Part shown: one piece after another, positions 55,322 to 64,000 of the stretch | Layout of the letters: each line of letters starts with the position of its first letter | Numbering within the stretch: the first letter of the stretch is position 1 | Assembly (NCBI GenBank): GCA_951406725.2 | Contig: OX597814.1 | Location: forward strand, 121,706,001-121,770,000 | Direction: 5' to 3' | From: Octopus vulgaris | Lineage: Eukaryota | DNA: 64,000 nt | Translations under genes and position numbers: made by a program | The notes under the pieces: generated by a model | Seen by the model: the letters and a program-made list of their open reading frames with translations, nothing else | Databases searched by the model: none | What the model was told of the DNA's origin: nothing

Positions 55322-55500
55322 CTGTAAAATTCAATAGAAGATCAAAAAACTGAAACATCATATTGCAGAATATGTATCTAAATATGGAATAATATCTTTA
55401 GTATCACGAGAAAATCCTACATTAATAATTGGGTATATGTGTCAAGAGAAAGCTTGTATATGATTAATTCGACTATTATATACGTATATACACATGTATG

Positions 55501-55558
<58 letters not shown>

Positions 55559-55580
55559 AATATAATCATATATAAATGAG

Positions 55581-56145
55581 CAATAATAAATCTCTGAACG
55601 AGGCATAAACAGTAGCTGTACGACAATGTGAAGTATATTTGCCACTTAAATGTGGCTAACCACTAAGGGTGGATGCTACTGTAGCTTGTAGCCCCAGGAG
55701 AACATCTTTTCCAGCTGGCTATTGACACACTTTCTGTGCTCTATCCGTATTTGCAAAGGGAAGCCATCCTTCCCATCGTCGACCTGACGTGATACGCACG
55801 GACCCGGGTTTCTGAATATCTACCCGTTGTCAGCGCACGACAATCACCGGTCTTCGATGCGAAGGGGTCCCAATGTAAATACATATATCCCATATATGCA
55901 TTGGGATCCATTTGCATCGAAGACCGGTGATTGTCATGCGCTGATCACGGGTAAATATTCAGAAACCAGGGTCCGTGCGTATCATGTCAGGTCGACGATG
56001 GGAAAGATGGCTTCCCTTTGCAAATACTGATAGGGCACAGAAAGTGTGTCAATAGCCAGCTCGAGATGTTCTCCTGTGGCTACAAGCTACAGTAGCATCC
56101 ACCCATAGTGGTTACCCACATTTAAGTGGAAAATATACTTCACAT
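55581..56145. mobile_element. Second, diverged copy of the hammerhead fold-back family
   Basis: Same left tail (caataataaatctc...aaacagtagc) and shared core ctaagggtggatgctactgtag; inverted arms span 55626-56145. Hammerhead motifs at 55795-55839 (-, core CUGACAA) and 55935-55979 (+, core CUGAUCA), both with GUC triplets. Confidence 0.8.
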
Positions 56146-56781
56146 ATATAAATGTAGGTACACATATCTATATATGTAGATACATACATAGACAACCATA
56201 TGTAAAAATAGACAACTATATGTAAAAAATAGACATTCATATGTAAAAACATTTGAACTAGAAACAAAAGATAAAAAAAACAAAAAGCATCCTTAAACAA
56301 CATGCTAGTATTCAATTCTGTGTCAGCTGAGTCTATTACAAAAGTACAGCCGTCTTAGTTTAAATGCGTAGCAACAAGCATTGATATATTTGATATATAT
56401 GTAAAATTGTAACACACATGATTAATTATAATATTCTTTCTAAATAATTCTTGAAAGCATTACAGATCTGTTTTCAGCCAATAAGAATACTATCAATTAT
56501 AGTTGTTAGTCATTTTAGAAATATAAAGAGACGTAACAGCTGTAGATAGTCAAACCGATGATTTAATGAAGTGCTAACAAAGCTATAATTGGGAAATTAT
56601 TTTAAAATTATACGTATTGTACTTTAAAGTGTGAATGTTAATTCTCTCCTATAGATTACACTAAAAGTTTTCAACTATCAGATAATAAGAAAAGTTGTTT
56701 CAAAATAACACATCGACAGGAGAAGGGAAGTATAGCCAAGTCTATATAATTTAAAATATTATATAAGCAAGCAAACGAAAC

Positions 56782-57225
56782 ACGTGGAGGCACATAGCTA
56801 AATGGTCAGAGTAGCGGACTCGTGATCAAGGGAGCGCGGGTTCAAATCTCAGACTGCGCGATGTGTTTCTTTATGAGCGAAACACCTAATCTGCACGCGG
56901 CTCCGGCAGAACGTGGTACCTTGGGCAAGTGTTTTCTATAGCCACAGGCCAATCAAAGCTTTGAGAGTGGATCTGGTAGACGTAAAGTGACAGAAGCCCG
57001 CCGTATGTGTGTGTGTGTGTGTCTGTCTGCTTGTCTCCCCGCCCAAACATTGCTTGACAGCAGATGATGATGATGTATTTACATAGCCGTAACTTAGCTG
57101 TTCAGCAAAAGAGACCGATATAATAAATACTAAGCTCACAAAGAGCAAATCCTCGGGTCGATTTGCTCGACTAAAGGCCGTACTCCAGCATGGCCACAAT
57201 CAAATAACTGAAACAAATAAAAGAA
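56782..57225 (+). mobile_element. Chimeric SINE: tRNA-Arg-like head joined to a family A body
   Basis: 56782-56910 resembles the 16348-16629 head; from cgtggtaccttgggcaagtg onward it follows family A. Confidence 0.65.
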
Positions 57226-57230
57226 TATAT

Positions 57231-57264
<34 letters not shown>

Positions 57265-58098
57265 ATACGTACATATATATATATATATAGTCACTGTTTC
57301 GCATGCGTAAAGTCTTCAAGAATGTATTTGTATGTTGAGTACTGTGATATGATTTATACTTATGATGTTTAATCTGACGGAAGTAACAATATATATTTGT
57401 CTGTTTTAGTCGATTTTGAACCTAATACCATATAACCGATTCACAAATATCCTTTCCTTTGTACCTTTCTGTTTACGATAATTCGGCATTACTTCAGTGA
57501 GAACTGAAACAAATTCAAAAAACAATTTTTGAATCTACATCTAGAATCACAATTCAACGACAAAATGACAGCCTAATCTGTAAGATATAGACAGACAAGG
57601 CTGTATCGTATCATAACCTACCACATTAGAAATTGAAGGTCATATAGGTTACTGTATTCCTAGACAGTTATAAAACGAAAAAAAAAAAACAGAAAAAAAA
57701 TCCTTGATCACAGCTTGATTTCCTTTGATCTTCGTTCTGCTGATTCAGTGTTGTTCTAACCTAAACAGCAACCGTGACATCAAGGGACAGTATAACTGCC
57801 CATAACCATAGTGTTTTATATATAAACTTAGGGAGGAATATAGTAAGGACCCACAAAACAATTTTCCATGAAATTTCATATAAGATAAGAGAGATATGAA
57901 TGTTTACGCTAGCATTTCTTTCTAATTTGGTCAGTGGAATATAATCCCTGCTGGGTGGATTATATTTTAATGTCTATCATTTCATAATTATTATTTATCT
58001 ATTACATTTTCTTTCCGACTAAAAAAAACATAGAATTACAAACATACACATATACATACTGATGCCTAAACACACACACAACACACGCACACACACGC

Positions 58099-58139
<41 letters not shown>

Positions 58140-58247
58140 AACATAGATACACGTGCGTGAGTTTGTGTCCGTATATATCTGTATATATATATTTACATAT
58201 ATATATACGCATATATATATATATATTACACTATATTCATATATGTA

Positions 58248-58296
<49 letters not shown>

Positions 58297-58324
58297 ATAC
58301 AAATGTATATATATAGATATACAC

Positions 58325-58411
<87 letters not shown>

Positions 58412-58734
58412 TGATACGGCTTGTTTCTGTGGGAGTGGATGTTTATAATTTCCGCTTAGAGCCTAAATACTAATGAATGGATGCTGTTTACTTCAACAGG
58501 AGGTGCAACATCAAAGCTGTGCCCACGTTTGATGCGAATGACTTGCTATGGAGTAATACAACTTAACGACAATATATCTCATTTTATCCTGAACTGAGTA
58601 GCATGAGGGTGAACGTCCTTCACCGGTGTGAAGTTGAATTGTTGTGATAATATCGAACTCTAGACTTGATATTGATTGTGGTACATTTTGGTGATATATA
58701 TATATATATATATATATTCTATCCAGCGCCAATA

Positions 58735-59158
58735 TGGATAATATACCATCGAGATTGCCTAAACGAACTCAACATTAGTTCAGAATTCATCCAAAGCTAG
58801 GACCACGGGCTATACGTTCCCTACCCAATTCAGAACCACAACACAAATATACTTCAATAAAATTTTTTTTCTTCAGCAGTCTCTGCCCTATTTAACATTG
58901 TCCCGAAACAGATCAGAGAGGAAAAGGATCCCTAACAGTTAAACGGAATCTGGACAAATTTCTTCAAAGAATACCAGATAAGCAGCCTATAACCTGGATA
59001 TAACTCATTCAACAGGAACTCCCTACACAAATGGACCAGAGTACCTCAAAACTTGACTTAAAAAGGATTTAGCTAGACCTATCAGGTGGTGATTTTAAGG
59101 TAGACATTGCCTGGACCAATTTCTGGTCGAAACATATCTAAGTTATTTATCTAAGTTA
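58735..59158 (+). mobile_element. Degenerate CR1/L2-group LINE 3' end
   Basis: Frameshifted ALFNIVPKQIREEKDP / KRNLDKFLQRIPDK / PGYNSFNRNSL, ending in a short tandem tatctaagtta tail. Confidence 0.65.
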
Positions 59159-59263
59159 TATATATAAAATTAAATAAGGGTAGAAATTGATATTAATCAA
59201 TTAAAACCACTGGCTTAGCATATTTTAAAAAAATCCGAAGATTAAAAATTGTGTTACTTACAA

Positions 59264-59409
59264 AATTTAGAGGACTGACGACTAAAAAAGTGGACAGCCT
59301 ATATGCTAAACATAGACGTCAAATCTGAGAACAGATTCTTCGTGGTAATGACGATTTGACGTCTATGTTTAGCATATAGGCTGTCCACTATTTTAGTGGC
59401 CGGTCCTCT

Positions 59410-59414
<5 letters not shown>
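59264..59414. repeat. Inverted repeat next to (TA)n
   Basis: 62-bp arms 59264-59325 and 59353-59414 with a 27-nt spacer. The right arm abuts (TA)n, and an unpaired AT-rich segment runs left to a short TA tract near 59160. Confidence 0.8.
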
Positions 59415-59470
<56 letters not shown>

Positions 59471-59487
59471 GTATGTATGCATGCATG

Positions 59488-59532
<45 letters not shown>

Positions 59533-61545
59533 ATGTAAGTGTGTGTAAGTTTTTTGTGAGTGTGCACGTATGTACGTATTTATGTATGTAGATGTGTACG
59601 TATACGTAGAAAGTTACGGATATGGTATATGAGAATACATATTGTATGACTTATCTCTGTTTTGCTGAAACAGTTCACCGCTATTTGACAAATTCTGAAA
59701 TATGTATGACCCTCGTTTATTGCAAACTAGAATGAAAGACCGTCTAAAATTAGCTCTTAAATATTGTCAAATTCTTCAAACAAACGATGGAGGTCCAATG
59801 TAGTCTTTAAGCTTGCTAGAAATAGCAACAAATTCTCAGAAATTCTTTCTCTTCAAACTTTTAAGTGAAAACTCCACTGGCTACTGCAGTTCCGGTTGAA
59901 TAAAAGCGACATGATGGTCATGGGCTGTCATTAATAAATCTGATCCTAAACAACGGACTTATTCTTATCGAAATACATCCTATAACATTTCATGACACAC
60001 GGACAAATCATATTTTAGAAGTTAAAAAATAACAAAAATTATTCTGATCAATAGAACCAACCATTCCCAAATAGACAAAAAATATTGTCTGTTGCCAAAC
60101 AGGCAATACAAACTTCCTGTTGAAAACAAAATCATTTCCCTCAGTTATTTCTTGTAAAGATATTATATGTATTTCAATACCTCAAAATAGACATTTTAAG
60201 AACTCCATTCACCCTCCTCACTTGTTCACTATTTCCACTATTTATTCCTCCCCATCTGTGTTTAATCTGTCACGCGCCCACTGATAAAGCTGCATGTAGT
60301 AGTGTAATAGTAATAGAATAAAGAAGTTTGATTTCCAGTCATATGTTTACGGGTTCAAATATCTTACGCACAAAGTATATATATATATATATATAGGAAT
60401 GTATGTAGGCATGTACATATAATTAATCTCGAGAGACATTTCATAAATTGTTTAATTACGTCACACATTACACCTGTTCCATTGAAAATAATGTCCGAAT
60501 TATGTTATCTGTACCAGTTCAATTTTGCAGGTTTTTATGCCGTCAGAAATTCGAAGTACAAACTAGAAATCTGAACTCACATGGATTGTTGGAATCCAGC
60601 CATAGTTGTAATTAAAACAAGTGAAAGTTGACGTAATAAACCAATTCATTAATCAACCTTCCAGTTTAGTTGCTTTTTGTTTCCACATGTGCTGTGATTT
60701 TTAATCTGTGGAGCCACTGAAAGGTAACTTGAACTATAATACAAGAGTTTTCTTCGCAATTTTCTGAGACTGTTCCCTCTTTTTATAACAAATCTTTCCA
60801 ATCAAGTTCCATTTATGCTTGAACAACTACTTCAATAATTTTCGTTTTCTTTTCCAAGAAGATATATATACTGATGCAGACAAGCTATTTTCATTCGTTT
60901 ATAAAAAGCTTGTTCTTACTGTATACTGTGCGTTGATTTCTTCTCAGAACTATTGCTCCATTTTAAACCCTGGTTTCAAATGTAGATACAATGCCAGAAA
61001 TTCGCTTACATTGACCACAGAATTCAACTGTTACTTATTTCGTTTATCCAGAAACAATTAAAGGTGAAGTCGACACCAGCGACATTTGAACCCAGAACGT
61101 AAATTTGGAAGAGATGTGGCTAAATATTTTTTCCGGCGCAGTAACGATTCTACCAGCTCTTCGCCTTTGCTCTATCTTAAATATTACTGTCTACATTATC
61201 ACACGCCACAGTAAAACATATATTTTCCTCTCTTCCTTTTTATTATTAAAAAGTAATTCCTGTTTAGAACTATACCAGTCAATCAGTATTTGCCAATATG
61301 CAATATCAGATAATAACTTTTCTCCGGACTTCAATTTCCATGGGAAAATTTCATCTATAAATGCCCTATCTTAATTAGGAATCTTCGTTGGTAGACTTTC
61401 AAAACTTTGCAATAACTACTCTAACTTAAATAACTTAAATAACTATTCTAACTTAGATACATATACAGGAATAGAAAATCAAACTCCATCACCAATTTTT
61501 TATTTCATTAAAATACTTTGTTTTTATTGATTCAGTATTCCAACA

Positions 61546-61704
61546 AGACATGGCTATGTGGTAAAAAGCTTGCTTCCCAACCACGTGATTCCGGGTTCAG
61601 TCTCACAACGTGGCAACTTGGGCAAGTGTCTTCAACTATAGCCTCGGGCCGACCAAAACCTTGTGAATGTATTTGGTAGACGGAAACCGAAAGAAGCCCG
61701 TCGC

Positions 61705-61739
<35 letters not shown>

Positions 61740-62150
61740 GAGAGAGAGAGAGAGAGAGATCGCTAGCCACTACACATTCTTTATTTTCTCTCCTTGTTTC
61801 TTTCTGTGTTCCTTTCCGTAGAAGAGCGTAGGCTCGAAACCTTAAAGACATTTTCACTTCCCGAGCGTTAAACTAATACATCTGTTTGTTGTCTACACCA
61901 CCAGTCTTCGTCTTGAGATTTTTTGTGTGAATTCTCCCCCTATATGTGTGTGTGTGTGTGTGTGTGTGCCTTTGTGTCTGTGCTTGTTCGCCACCATCGC
62001 TTAACAACCGATGTTAGTGTGTTTGCGTCCCCGTAACTTAGCGGTTCGACAAAAGCGATCGATTGCATAAGTACCAGGCTTAAATAAATAAGTCCTGGGA
62101 TCGATTTCTTAGACCAGCATGGCCGCAGTTAACCGACTAAAACATAAAGA
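61546..62150 (+). mobile_element. SINE family A interrupted by a nested insertion
   Basis: 5' half 61546-61705 and 3' half ~61945-62150 are separated by microsatellite and the 61758-61941 element. Confidence 0.8.
61758..61941 (+). mobile_element. Second copy of the same short repeat, nested in the central microsatellite of a SINE
   Basis: gatcgctagccacta...gaagagcgtaggctcgaaac...aaactaatacatctgtttgttgt matches the reverse complement of the 30.6-30.8 kb copy. Confidence 0.6.
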
Positions 62151-62202
62151 AAAAAAGTATTTATTGCTAGAAATGTTTCATAATATTAGTAAAAAGACTT
62201 AC

Positions 62203-62400
62203 CTGTTTGATGGCTTTCACAATTTTGTCCCCCAGCACCCACGACACCAAAGGGTAGGGTGTGCAGTGGACACTATTGGTATTATTCCACAGCCTACCCC
62301 TTCCACTAGCGCCTGAAAATACGTTCGAATCGTCGCGGTACATTATCTCCAAAGCGCTTAAAAGAGTACTAATGCTGTCGAATATCGCTACTTCATCATA
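62203..62400 (-). CDS. AMPA-type ionotropic glutamate receptor (GluA/GRIA-like), exon in the amino-terminal domain
   Basis: 198 nt between a cag acceptor (62403-62401) and a gtaagt donor. Reads YDEVAIFDSISTLLSALEIMYRDDSNVFSGASGRGRLWNNTNSVHCTPYPLVSWVLGDKIVKAIKQ; the C-x-P...W-x-x-G pattern is typical of the late iGluR ATD. Phase 0, in frame with the next exon. Confidence 0.88.
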
Positions 62401-63614
62401 CTGAAGAAAAACAACAAAGCAAAATGTTATTACATCAATGTACATATACATAGGCATCACACACACGTACGCACACACACACTCATACACTCACAAACAC
62501 ACAACACACATACACTGACACACACGCACACACACTCACGAAGACACGCACATACGTTCACACACACTCACAAATACACGCACACAAATACACGCGCACA
62601 CACTCACAAAAACATACCTACACACACATACACTCACACTCACATACACAAACACGCACACTCACACACAATTAACTCACACACACATCAAGAAAGAATT
62701 CTTAAACTAAAATCCATTATATTTAGAAATCTTTACAAAGTAGTAAACGCTACTACGCGTTTTTGAAAAGCTGTACACAGCGAAAGCGCTTACGCACAAT
62801 TAGAAAATGTCCATGCAATAGGTTCGCCTCACTTCTTAAACATTTCTTTGATATAATTACCAATTCTTAATTTACGAAAGTTTTTGTTTTACGAATGCTG
62901 AAATTGTATCAAGCATTCTTTGGAATATCTTTTTTAATATGTGTACATGTACGTGTGTATTATATACACACATATATGTACATTCATACACATACGCATA
63001 AAAATGTTGGTTAGGACAGAACGCATTGGATAACAGATGAATGTACATTAATTACAACAGAAAAGAACTCTATGATTGGATTATATCATGGTTAAATATG
63101 ACTTATTTATATATTTATTTTGCAGTATTTTCCCAGGGATGTTTCACAGATATATATAACATTAGTATAAACTGATGTGGTCGTTTGAGGCTTGGAATAT
63201 ACGTTTTCCCTCTCTCTCCCTCAATCCTTTCCTCACCCCTCTCACATCCACACCACAACATTCACCATCTCTATATTATATAGATTCTAACCCAGCTGTC
63301 CCAGTTTTTCGGTAACTGACACAGCTAAAGGATTCCATGACGGCTGGTTTATTGCCCTATCGCCACGACTGATCATCCTGGACAATTCACTGGATTATCA
63401 TTATATTGCTTCACTTTTTAGGTCTTGGATATTTTCCCATCTTTTGATAATACTTAGACAATGTTTTAAAACGACTTATATGTAACAAGCAAAACAGCTG
63501 GTTGTAAAATCTGAAGAAGAGATCAGAGTAGTAACTATACTTGTTAAGTAGAGTCAATCGCCACATCAGAGTAACTGTTCCATGGTACTACTAGTTAACC
63601 TCAAGCAGATCTTA

Positions 63615-64000
63615 CGCCAGCTGGTTATCGGTGCGAGGCTGCACCCTTTATATACAATATATATTGCTAACAGTGGGGAACGAACACCTACCATCCTCTA
63701 GCAGACAACAGGATCGCGCGACTGACTGAGTTTCGAGCAGGTTTGCTCATTCCCAACTAGCTATTTTCCTTATTGCAAATCAGTGACCGATGGTCCCCTT
63801 GTTTACAATATATTGCTAGCTGGAGCAGACCTTGACTCTGGCGACTGAAGTGTTCGCGACTGAAGATGAGCCAACCAGGTCGAAACTGAGTCTGTCTCGC
63901 GATCCAGTTGTCTGCTAGAGGATGCTAGGGGTTCACTCCTCCTGCTACCAATATATATTGTATATAAAGGGTACAGCGCCGCACCTATAACCAGCTGGCG
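63615..64000. mobile_element. Inverted-repeat element running off the window end
   Basis: Arm 63615-63750 is the diverged reverse complement of 63866-64000, with a ~115-bp spacer; it carries a hammerhead motif. Confidence 0.75.
63854..63902 (+). ncRNA. Hammerhead ribozyme motif in an unrelated inverted-repeat element
   Basis: UCGCGA-CUGAAGA-U-GAGCC(AACC)AGGUC-GAAA-C(UGAGUCU)-GUC-UCGCGA. The mirror arm keeps a perfect stem II GAGCA/UGCUC. Confidence 0.7.

Noticed and set aside
59275-59300. CTGACGA...GACA in the left arm of the 59.3-kb hairpin
   Set aside because: The opposite arm reads CCGGCCA at this position, so the core-like word probably arose by mutation.

Overview
AT-rich, microsatellite- and SINE-dense animal genomic DNA; the repeat families look octopus-like (inference). 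The window appears to lie inside one large minus-strand gene for an AMPA-type ionotropic glutamate receptor. Seven GT-AG exons (62400 down to 9228) splice in frame and cover the end of the ATD, S1, M1, M2 (Q/R site CAG), M3 (SYTANLAAF) and the start of S2; the 5' and 3' exons were not found in the window. The introns hold tRNA-derived SINEs, Helitron, mariner, LINE and hAT remnants, and a 100-N assembly gap. The most notable signal is a set of short fold-back elements, mostly flanked by (TA)n, that carry minimal hammerhead ribozyme motifs (28.7-29.3 kb, 55.6-56.1 kb, 63.6-64.0 kb, 10.7-10.8 kb). One intact motif lies on the receptor pre-mRNA strand, inside a ~300-bp hairpin. All structures were read by eye, and repeat boundaries without a TSD are approximate.
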